The position numbers were made by a program, and so were the translations under genes. A stretch of DNA of 64,000 nucleotides from Eledone cirrhosa (lineage: Eukaryota): positions 124,992,001-125,056,000 of the forward strand of contig OZ024740.1 in NCBI GenBank assembly GCA_964016885.1, given 5' to 3'. Shown in pieces: positions 12,965-26,512 of the stretch. Every line of letters begins with the position of its first letter. The stretch's first letter is position 1. The notes beneath the pieces are model-generated. The model saw only the letters and a list, made by a program, of their open reading frames with translations, searched no databases and was not told where the DNA came from.

Positions 12965-14245
12965 TTGGACAGTGACCATGTCTTGCTCATACAGTACTGT
13001 TTCTGACTTGATTTATAAGGCTGGATGCCTTTCCTAATGCAAACCACATTTACAGTGTCAACTGGGCGCTTTTTATCGTGACCAATTTACAGCAAGGGCT
13101 GGGCGCTTTTTGTCAAGATACTACCGTGGCCACTTTATAGTGTGATCTGGGTGTTTTTGTTGTGTCACGAACATGACCACTTTACAATGTAGCTAGGGCA
13201 GCAGTTGGTGAAAGGACGTAGCTGAAGGGAGGGGTGTTAGGACATGGGTGGAGTGTTAATGTGTGGGAGGTGCATGTATGGGAGGATATGGGAAAGTGGA
13301 ACAGACTAGATGTATGCTTCAAACAGTGCACATGGAAAGGAGTCTTCTGTATTACTGCATAACACCAAATATCTTGATCCTGTGTCATCACCGATGAGAC
13401 ATGCAATTGCACAAGATCAGCTTTTATCACCAAATCCCAAGTCTTCCTAAGTTTCCCTACTCATGTCGCATTACCATGCAACATTGCTGTTCATATACAT
13501 ACATCATACAATCTGCCCTTCATTTTGAGGGGAAAAATATTTTGTAGTTAGCTATGGTTGTAGCTCCCTGAACTTTCTCCACCCCGTTCTCACTCTGGCT
13601 ACTGTACTTTCAAGACACCCTCCTCTACTGCTAATTTTGTTACTTCTACTGACCCCCTGGGCATTTGAAGGAGCTAGTATCCTGTGAGCTCTTGCTTCTA
13701 ACTGCACATGTGCATTGGCCACATATAACATTTACATCCTTTGCTATCCAGCCTGAGATTCGACTATATCTCTTGTGTACTCATAGTTTGCATTTGGGAC
13801 ATAGGATGGCATTTCTACCTACTTATTTCTTGCACACGGAGCAAGGCCATTTCCTTGAGGGAATCTGAGCTCTGTTTTCCTTTCTAAATCCTAGGAGTTC
13901 ATTCTTTGACAAGTTAACGTGAAGACCCTTTGATTTTAGGCCATGCTTCCAGGTTGGGAATTTTTTCTCTGATTCTGCCATAGATTCAGCTCTAAGGGTT
14001 ATGTCATCAGCATACAGAAGTTGTCATGAGCAGTCAAACTTAAACTCTTTTGTTATGGTCTGCTGGGCGATAATAAACAGGAGAAGGCTAAGAATGGAGT
14101 CTTGATGTACACCTACCTGCATGCCAAATTCTTCACTGTAGTCATTGTGAATTCTAACTTTGCTGACTGTTCCTCTATACATGGCTTGTACTGCTTTTAA
14201 AAGCCACACATTCAATTCCTAGCTTTTTAAGAGCCCACCAGATAA
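12965..14245 (-). mobile_element. Decayed 5'-truncated RTE LINE
   Basis: IIWWALKKLG, GVHQDSILS, a degenerate PHD-finger region and 3' UTR repeats; internal deletions. Confidence 0.85.
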
Positions 14246-15074
14246 TATATATGTATATATATTCGAAATGTACACAGAAAAACAACACTGCAAAATGATA
14301 GAGTACCATGAAGATATATATTAGTTTAACACTTGAATGGTTAGGATTGCTTATTGCCCTCACAACATGAGTAGCTAATTATTTTCAGCCTACAGAACAA
14401 AGTTAGCAACTTAGAGCTACTTATAAAAATGCTATGATTGACAGCCATTGTGTATGAGTACATATACTAGCATCATGTATCAAATAAAATAACTTCTTCA
14501 CTGAGAGTGTGTGGGTATAGATAAACTGTGAATAATTGTCATGATTACATTTTATCAGCATTCATGAAGCCATCTTGTGTAAATATTTTAGCATGCTGTT
14601 GTGTTATGCAAGCAAATGACATTCTTTCCTATCATAACAGTTAGCAGGTGTTCATGGTATAGAGTTTCCTCATGTGGATCAAGTGAAACTATATTAGTTT
14701 TAAGGGAATAGCATGAGACAGTTGCTACAATATGTACAACGACCCATTGAGGTAAATGAGGTAAATTGTGAGCACCAGGTGAGTAAGGAGATGCCATTTC
14801 AAGGATGTTAAATGAGGTGGTGGGGGTTGTTGGAATTGAATAGGAGTTGGAATTTTCTGTGTTTCTCAGAGAGTCATATACTGATTGAATCTACCTTTAA
14901 AATGTTTGAATGTTAGGGTTATGTAGTTCCTCAGGATATTATCTGGTGGGGTGCAGATTGGTCAATAGGCCACTTCATTTTGAGACTTTTCACAACATAT
15001 CTGGAAATGCTTGTTTACATCTAACAAAACCACTGATAATTATTGGATAAGTTAAACTGATAATATACATTATA

Positions 15075-15390
15075 TTGCCGCAGTTGGGGATAAGAAATCC
15101 ACTTTGCAACCATGAAGTTTCAGGTTAAGTCCCACTGTGTGGCACTTTATACATGTGTATTCTACTATAGCCTTGCATTGACAAATGTGTTGTGAATAAA
15201 ATTTAGGAGACAGAAACTATGTAGAAGGCTATGTATGTGAGTGTGTGTGTCCATGTCTGTGTTTACATGAGTTGTTTATTTATGTTCTATAGTTCAACAA
15301 ATAAGGAATGATGAAACAATGGAGGACTTGAAAAAAATAATATTGGAGTTGATATGATTGACTAAATCTTGAAGGTGGTCTAGCATGTTT
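15075..15390 (+). mobile_element. Old SINE of a third family
   Basis: tRNA-like head (caggttaagtcccactgtgtggcact) followed by a 'tattctactatagcc..acagaaact' body with an internal (TG)n; recognised as a SINE pattern only. Confidence 0.5.
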
Positions 15391-16006
15391 TATAAACACA
15401 CACACACTCACGCACACACACACTCACGCACACACACACATATATAATTATATATAATATGTATATGCATATGTCTGGGCATCTGTAAGCATAATATACA
15501 TAGAGTATATTTATTACATTTGTTCAGCTGTATAAGTTACAAATTCAGGCATGCATATATGAAACCATATAAAAATGTTCATATATATATATATACATAC
15601 GTATTTCAATAGTTCAATTTATCAAATAACTTATGTTTACAACATGAAAGCACAGTATATAACAAGACAACAAAGCAGGAGAACAAAACAAAAGACTTCA
15701 AAATATGCTTCAAGCTATTTACTTGACATGAGTATTTATAGATTTGCCTATGCTGTGGTTTCTTCATGTTAAAATTGTTCTATAAACATATTGATTACAG
15801 CTCAGCTTTTTTATAAAATCATTTATGTTTTCTTTTAATGGTAATGTTATGTTTAGTTATATTATTCATTATTTTTTTATTTTAGTATTTTATATTTTCT
15901 TTTGGAAATTATTCACATTAATAAAAATTCATTATTTCCAATTCATTCGAGCAAATTATGAATGAAAAGGGAATGTCATATGAATGTGTATATTTTTATG
16001 AACAGA

Positions 16007-16008
<2 letters not shown>

Positions 16009-16064
<56 letters not shown>

Positions 16065-16248
16065 TCCATTCACAAGAAATATATGCGTATATATACATAA
16101 AGAGAGAGAAAGTGACAGGTAGGCAGACAGAGATACATTTATAGTAGTTATATATAGATTATGTATTGATTTTGAAATATGTATATCTACACACAAACAC
16201 ATGTGTGTGTGTGTATACACATATAGGTTTTAAATATATATATATACC

Positions 16249-16304
<56 letters not shown>

Positions 16305-16448
16305 TACATATACAATTATATATATATTTAAAACCTATACATAGTCTATATATAATTAAACCATTTCTCATTCATTTTCTCTGTATATATTTTATATATA
16401 TATATATATATATGTAGACAGAGAGAGAGAGAGAGAGAGTGAGAGAGA

Positions 16449-16492
<44 letters not shown>

Positions 16493-16692
16493 AGAGAGAG
16501 AGAGTGATAAAAACAAGTTGAATAAGATGGAGAGATTTCAATGCAAACTTAGAGAAATGAAGTTAGCTATGTTAAGGAAGAAAATAGGTCTGTGTATTTA
16601 CAAATTATTGATATATATTTAATCAAAGTAAGCTAATCAGAATCTATAGAATATATAACATACAGTCATGTAGAATTGTGTGTGTTCATGTG

Positions 16693-16730
<38 letters not shown>

Positions 16731-16735
16731 CATCT
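16009..16735. repeat. Compound microsatellite field (CA/TA/TG, GA, TCTA)
   Basis: (TA)n at ~16018-16052, (GA)n at ~16419-16505, (TCTA)n at ~16693-16730. Confidence 0.9.
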
Positions 16736-17119
16736 ACATCATCATCATCGTTTAATGTCCATCTTCCACGCTTGCATGGGTTTGGATGGGAGTTTTCCCA
16801 CTTGAGACTAGATTGGTTGTCTTGCTCAGGATGTCTGGCGGGTTTTCTATGACTGGATGCCCTTCCTAACACCAACCACGTTTGCAGTGTGGACTGGGAG
16901 GTTTTTACTGTTACTTACACGGCCACATTACAGTGTGGACTGTGTGTTTTTTTGTCGTGACACCTACACGACCTCATTTGTTTCGGACTGGATGTTGTGG
17001 TACCAACATAACTTTACATCGAAAGGGGTGGTGTAGATGGGGTGGGGGTAGTGGGACAGGGTGTATTTTGTTAGAGGTGCCTACTGACTGTGGTAGGTTT
17101 CACTTTGTACTTAGGCAGG

Positions 17120-20100
17120 CGGGTCTTCTCTATTACTGTGTAGCACCAAAAATCTCGGTCCAGTGACATTGTCTTGGAGAGGTGTAAGTGTGTGAGGTCG
17201 GAATTTATCAAGTCGTCCCAGGTTTTTCCAGGTCTGCCTACTCCGTGGCTACCGTCTATTTTTATCGCCCTGCACTTTTTTATATAGCTGTCGTCTTTCA
17301 TGCGCATCACGTGACCATACCAACATAGTCTTCTCTCGAGTAAACAACATCTGATCCCTCTTATTCCTAATTTCTCCCTTAGTTCGTTTATGCTTTACGT
17401 TCACGTATATTACTATTACACATCCAGCGGAGCATGCAAGCTTCGTTCCTCTCCAGTCTGCATATATCCTCTGCACACAATGCCCAGGTCTCACTGCCAT
17501 GTAACATTGCTGTTCGTATGCAGGCATATTAGAGCCTGCCTTTCATTTTTAGAGAGAACACTTTAGCGGCCAATAGTGGTATAAGCTCACTGAACTTTTT
17601 CCATCCCATTCTGAATCTAGCTACTGTGCTTTCAGACCACCCTTCCCCACTGCTGATTTTGTCACCCAGGTAACGGAAGCTGTCCACTATTTCTATAGAA
17701 CCATCTGTGCAATGGAATGAGCTAGTATTCTCTGGGCACTTGCTGCTACTTATTGCACCAGAGCACCGGCCACATATAAAATCTATATTCTTAGTTAGCT
17801 TACCTGTGATCCCACTACATCTTTTATGCACCCATACTTTGCATTTGGGACATAAAATGGAGTTTCTGCCTACTCCTTTCCTACACACTGAGCATGACCA
17901 TTTCCCAGATGGGACCGGTGCCCTATTTTCCTTCCTACAAACTAGAACTTTAGTCTTAGACAAGTTAACTTTAAGGCCTTTTGATTCTAGGCCATGCTTC
18001 CATGTTTGGAATTTCTTCTCTAGTTCGGTCATTGATTCAGCTATGAGCGTGATATCATCTGCGTATAGGAGTTCCCATGGGCAGCCGGTCTTGAACTCCT
18101 CTGTTATAGCCTGAAGGGCAATAATAAATAGTAGGGGGCTAAGAACGGAGCCCTGATGAACACCAACTTTTACGCTAAACTCTTCACTATATTCCTTGTT
18201 AATTCTAACCCTGCTGACTGTTTCTTTATACATGGCTTGTATAGCTCTCACAAGCCATTCATCAACACCTAGTTTTCTAAGAGCCCACCAGATAATGGAG
18301 CGGGGGACTCTGTCAAAAGCTTTCTCCAACTCAACAAAAGCTATGTATAGGGGTTTACTTTTAGCTAGGTACTTCTACGGTAGTTGTCGTACAATGAAAA
18401 GAGCATCTGTGGTACTTTTACCTGACACAAACCAGAACTGCATTTCATCCAGATCAATTCGTTCTCTGATTAGTTGCGCTATTACTTTTTCTGTGACCTT
18501 CATGACCTGGTCGATTAATTTAATGCCTTTATAGTTACTCCTATCTAGGGCATCTCCTTTACCCTTGTAGCAGTTAATGATGCTGCTGCTATGCCAGTCC
18601 TTCGGAACGACCCAATTCTGTATGACTTGGTTTACTATCCGGGTGACCATAGTGTGTCCCACCGTTCCAGATGCTTTCAGCAACTATTTCCGAAGGCCCA
18701 GCCGCCTTACCTGTCTTCATATCTTTGATTGCCTTACTTATTATACTACCTTCAACTAGCACTGCTGGTCCCTCTATTGGATCGATGTGGGGGAATCTGT
18801 CTTTCTCCCATTTATTCTCCTCATTTAGTAGCCTTTCGTAGTGACACTTCCAAGCTACCTTCTTATCAGCATCAGTGATGGAAAGTACACCATCATCATT
18901 AAGGACACACTTCTCCCCGACAATATCACGGTTTTCCTTGACACATTGCCTAGCAATCCTGAACACCTCACGTTTTTGTTCCTCCTGTTGTAGAACATAC
19001 TTGAACTTTCTTTCCTCTGCTTCCCTTCTTGCGAAGTACACTTGTCTCCTAGATTCCCTCGTGGCCACTTGATAGTCTTCTCTACTTCCCCCATCCCGCC
19101 ATGCTTTCCAAGCCTGCTTTTTGGCCTTAATTGACTCCTCCATCTTACTGTTCCACCACCACGTTACTCTCCTCCTGCCAACAGGCCTGCTCCAGCCACA
19201 GACTTCATCTGCCGCTTTCATCAGGTTAGCTTTCAGGAATTCCCACTGTTCCTCTATATTGTACGACTCTAATTGCTCTTCCTTACTGTCAACAGCATCA
19301 AGTAATATGCTTTTAAATTTATTACTGGCTGTGGGGTCCTTTAGCTTTCATATTTTTCTCCTGAGGATAGTCCTCCTCTGTTGTCGAGTACATCTTCTGA
19401 CTATGAGGTCGCTGACTATGAGTCTATGTTGGGAGGTGCATTCTTCATGGGGGAGGGATTTAGTGTTTACAACAGACACTCTATCACGTCTTCTGGTAAG
19501 GATATAATCTACCTGGTATGTTTCCCTGATCTGTAGGTGATCAAGTGATTGTCTCGTTTTTTGAAGTTAGTGTTACAGATAGTTAGGTTATTTGCGTCAC
19601 AGAATTCCAGGATTCTGGAGTTTTCCTCATTTCTAGTACCAAACCCATAGCCTCCATGTATTCCGTCATACCAGTCACATTGTTGTCCAACGTGACCATT
19701 TAGGTCACAAGCAATAATTATGTAGTCACTGTCGGTAATTTGGGAGGTAGTGAGCATCAATGTCTCATAGAATCTGTCTTTTATAGCGCCAGGCAGTCCG
19801 GATTGAGGTGCATACGCAGATATTACTGTCACAGTAGTTCTATTTAGGACAAGTCTTATTTTAATTATTCTGTCGTTCACTCTATTTACATCTATTATCT
19901 TATCAACCCATTTTTCTGCTAACATGATTCCTACCCATCCAGCCCATTGTCAATTCGCACCCAGAAAAGCTTATAGCATCGTTTTTTAGCCACAATGAAT
20001 CTAGCAGACCCACCCTCCACCTGGTCTCTTGGATACAGCAAACATCAACCTCCTTACGTTCAAGGATTTCTACAACCTCGTTAGAGCGACCTTTTAAGGT

Positions 20101-20130
20101 GCCTACATTCATGGTACCAACTCTGAAGTT
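17120..20130 (-). pseudogene. RTE APE-RT polyprotein, disrupted by several stops and frameshifts
   Basis: Collinear fragments in ORFs 19903-20112, 19509-19925, 18589-19221, 18375-18683, 17529-18329 and 17071-17310. Confidence 0.92.
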
Positions 20131-20422
20131 TTGGATTGCGTTTGGTGGGTGGGGACGGTGGGGCGCGGGGAGAGGTGAGGGTTATGTTGGCCATCCGCGG
20201 CCGAAACAAAGAGGAGTCCTTGCCTTTTCGTCCGGCAGCATGAGGTGAATTTGTCTTTATATTTGGCATTGTCGCTGAGTGTCCAGATTTTTCAGACTCT
20301 CCAGAAATCCTTAGTCCATCCATCATATCGAAAAGCAACCAGCAGAAGTGATAGCATAGGCCGCTGACTTATGATTGGTCCAAATAATAATGGTGGAGAG
20401 TGGCGGCGGGTGGGAGGAGTAA

Positions 20423-21497
20423 GGGGTAGTTAGCGAGAGGATTTACATAAAATCTTCGAATTTTATAAATCCTAGAATTTTCGGCCAAAATTAAACAAAC
20501 GAGATTGTTATCTTAGAAGAACAAATGGGGCATTTTACGAGAGGGTTTAAATAAAATCTTCGAATTTGGGGCATAATTGGACAAGCATATAACAGTAATA
20601 AGCGAATAATGGGATTTTAAAATACAAGAAGATTATTTAGAACAACCAGAGAGAATTATAGAATAGCATTGAGAAAGAGCAAAAGATTGGATTCTGGGCG
20701 ATGATAAGGATATATGAATGAATGAACCGAGAGGGTGGAGAGACAAGAAAAAATGGCATTTTACATAACATTTCGCAGGAGAGCGAGCAGGTCTGACCAT
20801 TAATAAGCGTTGACAAATTCTGAGATTCGTACCTCGTAACAGGTTTATTTATATTTGGTGAGAGAAGGGAGTGATTGAATGGGTGAACCAGCAGGCGCGT
20901 ATACGATTTAGGGGTGGGGGGTAAAGATTAAGAGGGACAAGGAGGCCATTTTATAAATCCTAGAATTTTCTGCCAAATTAAACAAACGAGATTGTTATTT
21001 TAGAAAAACAAATGGGGTAGGTAGCGAGAGGGTTTAAATAAAATCTTCGAATTTTATAAATCCTAGAATTTACGGCCAAAATTAAACAAACGTAATTGTT
21101 ATTTTAGAAGAACAAATGGGGCATTTTACGAGAGGGTTTAAATAAAACCTCCGAATTTGGGGCATAATTGGACAAGCATATATCAGTAATAAGCGAATAA
21201 TGGGATTTTAAAATACAAGAAGATTATTTAGAACAACCAGACAGAATTATAGAATAGCATTGAGAAAGAGCAAAAGATTGGATTCTGGGCGATGATACGG
21301 ATATTTGAATGAATGGACCGAGACGGTGGAGAGACAAGAAAAAATGGCACTTTACATTACATTTCGCAGGAGAGCGAGCAGGTCTGACCATTAATAAGCA
21401 TTGACAAATTTTGAGATTCGTACCTCGTAACAGGTTTATGTATATTTGGTGAGAGAAGGGAGTGATTGAAAGGGTGAACCAGCAGGCGCTCATACGA
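20423..21497. repeat. ~590-bp-period tandem duplication with ~90-bp subrepeats
   Basis: 20423-20906 realigns with 21015-21497; the block 'ttttataaatcctagaattt..ccaaa.ttaaacaaacg..attgtta' occurs three times. Confidence 0.9.
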
Positions 21498-22039
21498 TAT
21501 ATATATATAAATATATGTGCATCCTCACCCCCATCTTTTTAGGTCTACTTTCCACTTTAGCATGGCTGGTGACTGGTACTTAATTTATCGACCTCATAAT
21601 GATGTAAGGCAAAGCTAACCTCAAAGACAAAGGACACGTGGGTAGAATCAAGATAACTTGCACCTATCTTATATATTTGGCATGGTTTCTATGTATATAT
21701 ACCTTTTTTTAAACCAACCATATTACAGGTTGTACTGGGTGTGATTTTTCATGTCACCACCACCATTACTTTACAGGATGTACTGGGTGTATTTTTATGG
21801 CATATATATCATCAACATTTAATGTCTGCTTTCCGTGCTAGCAAAGGTTGGAAGCGTCAACAGCCAACTAGGCTGGTACTCAAATGGAGGTACTGATCTC
21901 ACAGAGGGCTCAGATGAGCCATCAATCCTGAAATTACTCATATATGATCCTGTTCAGAACCGAATGACTTTTATCATGACATAAAATGTTGGCATAAAAA
22001 CAATGGTGGAAAACAACCTTCTGCAGCTTCCCTCTACCA

Positions 22040-24278
22040 CAGGGGTCACCAAACTACGGCCCGCGACGTCAGTTCATCAGGCCTGCCAACGGTACTCGCA
22101 TTTGCGTGATAAAATGTATGGAACACGAGATGTTTCTAATTCAATGTCTTTCTCATTTTCAGATCCCGTTTTCTTCATCTTTATTATGGCTACTAAGAAA
22201 AGAAAAGTGGGCGCCGAGTGTCGCGTTTTCAATGAAGAATGGGGAGTAAAGTACTTCTTTGTGGAAACAAAGGACCAGAAAGCTAGTTGCATGGTATGCA
22301 GCGAAAGTGTTGCCGTTTTGAAAGAGTACAATCTTCGGCGTCACTATGAAACAAAACATCTATCAACATATTCAAAGTTTTCTGGAAAGTTACGCTCTGA
22401 GAACTATGAGTCCATGAAACGTGGTTTAGAAACTGAAAGAAATCTCTTCACGAGAAAGTTTGCTGAAAATGAATCTGTTACTCGTACAAGTTACAAAATA
22501 GTGCATAAGTTGGCAGAGTGAGGAAAACCGTTTACTGATGGCAACTTCATCAAAGAGTGTATGATGGAAGCATCAAATGACTTATGTCCCGAGAAAGCCG
22601 ATTTGTTTGGAAGTATCAGCCTTTCGACAAGTTCAGTTGTGCGGAGAACAAAAGAACTTGGAGAGAATATAGTGCTATAGATAGGCGAGAAAGCTAGGAA
22701 ATTCTGGTATTCTCTGGCGCTGGATGAGTCTACTGATCTCTCGAGTACGTCACAATTTCTCGTGTTCATTCGTGGTGTCAATTTGGACTTTCAGATAACG
22801 GAAGAGTTGGCATCCGTTTGCTGCATGCATGGAACAACAACTGGAAAAGACTTTTTCATGGAAGTGCAGAAGACTTTGCAAGACTATAACCTTCAGTGGA
22901 ATCAGCTTCGAGGTGTTACAGTTGATGGAGGAAAAAACATGACTGGTCGGGCAGATCAGGACTCAGTTGGAAGATTTGCAAATTCCGGGCGCTCTGTTCA
23001 TATACTGCATCATACATCAGCAAGCACTCTGTGGGAAAGACTTGGATATTTCTTGTGTACTGAAACCAATTGTTTCTGCTGTGAACTTCATTCAGGGGCA
23101 TGCACTCAATCACCGTCAGTTCCAGGCTTTTCTTGAAGAAATTGATTCTGATTTCTGTGACTTGCCTTATCACACGGCAGTGAGGTGGCTCAGCTGCGGT
23201 AAAGTCCTGTTTCGTTTTTACAAGCTCCGAAACGAAATAGATGTTTTTCTCACTGAAAAAGATAGAGCTGATCCACAGCTGTCAGATCCTACCTGGCTGT
23301 CAAAGTTGTCGTTTTTAGTCGACATCACAGCCGACATGAATGAACTGAACTTGAAACTTCGGGGAAAAGATAACCTCGTCTGTGATCTCTACAGAATCAT
23401 CAAAGGATTTCGGAGAAAGCTGTCATTGTTTGAAGCACAACTGGAAGGAGAAAACTTCTCTCATTTTCACTGTTTTAAAGAGTTTTGCGCTACAATTGCT
23501 GAAGATGTCAATCTCGATTTTCCTAAAAAGATTATTCGTGACTTGAAGAAGCATTTTTTGGAGAGATTTTCAGATCTCGACAGAATTGAGAGTGACATTC
23601 TTCTGTTCCAGAATGCGTTTGATTGTAACATTGATGATGTGCCAGTTGAACTACAGTTGGAGCTCATTGATTTGCAAGCAAATGACTTGTTGAAAGAGAA
23701 GCACAGAGAAGGAAAACTTGTTGAATTTTACCGCTTCTTACCTGATGTTGAGTTTCCGATTTTGAAGAAATTTGCCGCTGGTATGGATTCATTGTTTGGA
23801 ACAACTTATGTTTGTGAGCAAACATTTTCAAAAATGAAGCATGTGAAGTCAACACATCGAACGAGATTGACTGATGAACATTTGAAAGCAATTCTCTTTA
23901 TTGGATGCAGCAATTCCAAACCAAACATTGATGATATCTTGAAAGCCAAACGTCAGTTTCACAAATCTCATTAACCTTTTTTTCTGCTTAGTTTGTAAGA
24001 TTCGGATATGTGCACACTAGGTCTGATGTAACTATATTTTTGCTAACGTCGCCTTCTTTGATAACTTTTTAGTAAATAAATATGTTGGTTGTCTTTGGTT
24101 TTTGTGCATTGCACGCCACTCACCCATGATTAACATGGAATGCTAAACGTAGTGTTTCGTCTTTTTTCCCAGAGCTTTCGTTCTGGCTTGCAAGTATTGA
24201 ACAGAATGATTATGCGGCCCACGCTTGTCATTCTTTTAGTTATCCGGCCCACTGTGAAAAATGTTTGGTGACCCCCTG
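22040..24278 (+). mobile_element. Complete hAT DNA transposon (Charlie/SPIN/OC1-like, GTF2IRD2-family transposase)
   Basis: TIRs caggggtcaccaaac / gtttggtgaccccctg; perfect 8-bp TSD ctctacca at 22032-22039 and 24279-24286. Confidence 0.95.
22186..23974 (+). pseudogene. hAT transposase (BED-type zinc finger, DDE core, hATC dimerisation domain), inactivated
   Basis: MATKKRKV, CMVC..KEYNLRRHYETKH, LALDESTD, VTVDG, CIIHQQALC, VRWLS, FGTTYVCEQTFS; stops at ~22519 and ~22678, frameshift near 22950. Confidence 0.93.
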
Positions 24279-24894
24279 CTCTACCATATTCTACTCACAA
24301 GATATTGGTGAAACTGAGTTTCTTTGCTGTAAAACTAAACCTGGAGCACCATGGTTGTGAAGTGAACTCCTTAATCACAGAGCTATGCCTGTATTCATGT
24401 GTTCATTCATTTATTTATATATGTAGGCATGTGATCATACTCCCAGTTGTTGTTATTGTTCGTTTCTTTATTTTTCGTTTATTCATGCTTACTTTTGTTT
24501 CTCTTTTACATACAACTTTTTGATTATTTATTGTTGAAGATGGAAAAAAGAAGCAAGTTTTTATCCTCAACTATATTTTCCATCTCACTTCCAGCTAAAA
24601 GGTATGAAAGATCATTATTGTTCTTTTTATTCTGTCTTTATTCATCTCAGTGCCACCACCATCAATAACAATAACAACAGCAACATCACTATCAACATCA
24701 TAATAATCAATATTATCATCACATTTTATTTACTTACATAAATTAAACTTCACCTGAGCTCTCACATAATTTGAAACTTAAACTATTATTAATAATTTCA
24801 AATTCATGCCACCACCACAACCACTAAAAATTATTATTTATTTTAAAATAAAGACCATGACAGAAACAAACATTAAATAAATAAATAATGATGC

Positions 24895-25100
24895 TTACTG
24901 ATTCAGGAACAAGGCCAACAATTTCAGGGGAGAGGAAAGTCAATTAAATCAACCCCAGTGCGTGACTGGTACTTAATTTATTGACCTCGTAAGGATGTAA
25001 GGCAAAGCTAACCTCAGTGGGACTTGAACTTAGAATGTAATTGGCCGTAGCCCTTTGCATGTTGTCCGATTCTCTATCAATTCTGTCAATCCACTGCCCT
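24895..25100 (-). mobile_element. SINE family A
   Basis: Reverse-complement family A copy, long variant. Confidence 0.8.
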
Positions 25101-26390
25101 AAATATATAAATAAATAATAGCGATAGTCCTAGAATGTGACAACCCGTCTAACATATACCCAGCATGGAAAACAGACCTAAAATTGTGATGAAGATGATG
25201 ATAAAGAAAAAAGAATACTTTGAATCCAGGGCAAGAGCTTTAATTTCCAAACCTCCAGTGCCAGTCTCTTCCTCAACATTTAATTGAATTATGATTAAGA
25301 AAAACAATAACTGAAATATGATGAAAGAAATAAAAAACAACAAACGCTTCACTATAAGTCACAGTTGTCAACAGCATTTCTTGACATTATACCACTGTTA
25401 ATATCAACAATAAAAACACTTACAAATTATTTTTTCTACTTTATTCCAAGTTATTTCACTTTAACACCTGAATATCTATTTAAAAGGTGATTGTTTAAAC
25501 TTACTATAATCTTCAAGTTATTGATGTCATTGTGGTTTTGAAGTTTACAAATATTTTACATGCTGTACTTATTATTTTATAGCAGTGGAAGATTATATAC
25601 ACATATATCTTAATGGCTGCTTTGTGTTATGTATGTGTGTGTGTCTGAGAGCATGTGAAAGTGAGTTTGTTTGTGCACATGCATGTATGTTTGTGTGTAT
25701 GTATATACATATGTGTATGTTGTATGTATATGTGTGTGTGTGTGTTTATTTTAAATTCCTTTCTTAGTCTTTTTTGATCAAATTGATATAAGTAAAAAAA
25801 AAAATAGTAATATGTCTTGTATGGAAGTATTTTGAAATTGTTCTGTTCCCTCTTGGGAAAACAACTTTCAAAAACAGATGTGACTCGGAATTCAAGTTTC
25901 CATCAAATTCTGAAAGACATGTGAAAAATACATTAAAGAAAGAAAACAAAATGAATTAAACAAAACATTCATCAATAAATAAAGAACAAAAAACAAAAGA
26001 GTAAGTAACTAAAATAAACCCAAAAGCAGTGTTATACAGTTTAGAGATTATAAATAAATAAGCTTTACTAAAAATATAACTTTACATTAATTGTTTTTGT
26101 TGCTATATATTCTTCTTCCTCCACATCCTCATCATTACATACATATATACATATATACACATATGTATATTTATACATACATAATATATGTATGTATATG
26201 TATATATGTATGTATATATATATATGTGTGTGTGTGAGTGTCTTTATTCTATTATTATTGGAATAGACTCTATCTGAAGCTTCTGGTTATGCATGTGTAA
26301 TGATAAAAGAACAAGCATATTTCCTTTCAGTCTCTATACCTCTTATACAACCAAATATAACACATTTAAAACATATATGTGAAACACATA

Positions 26391-26512
26391 TGTGAAGGCG
26401 TGTGGCTGAGGGGTTAGAGAACTGGATTCGCAATCGTGAGGTTGTGAGTTCGATTCCCAGACCGGGCAATGCGTTATGTCCTTGAGCAAGACACTTTATT
26501 TCACGTTGCTCC
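26391..26512 (+). mobile_element. SINE family B 5' half (well-preserved tRNA-like head)
   Basis: A-box tggctgagggg, B-box gagttcgattccc, then tgtccttgagcaagacacttt. Confidence 0.8.

Larger units (their letters stand above)
16736..21497 (-). mobile_element. Near full-length RTE-clade LINE with duplicated upstream region
   Basis: APE endonuclease (NVGTL, CCIQET, SAYAPQ, DLNGHVG), RT (KAFDRVP, GVHQGSVLSP, LLYADD, FRYLG), (GAT)n tail at ~16736-16750. The 5' limit (20340 versus 21497) is uncertain. Confidence 0.9.

Noticed and set aside
15575-16417. YI/CV-rich ORFs (also at 26644-26974 and 30034-30921)
   Set aside because: Translations of dinucleotide microsatellites.
23870-23895. CTGATGA..GAAA hammerhead-like words
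   Set aside because: Lie within transposase codons (LTDEHLK) and lack flanking stems.
22186-23974. Host gene GTF2IRD2/EPM2AIP1-like
   Set aside because: Bounded by TIRs and a TSD and disrupted by stops and a frameshift, so it is a transposon copy rather than a domesticated gene.
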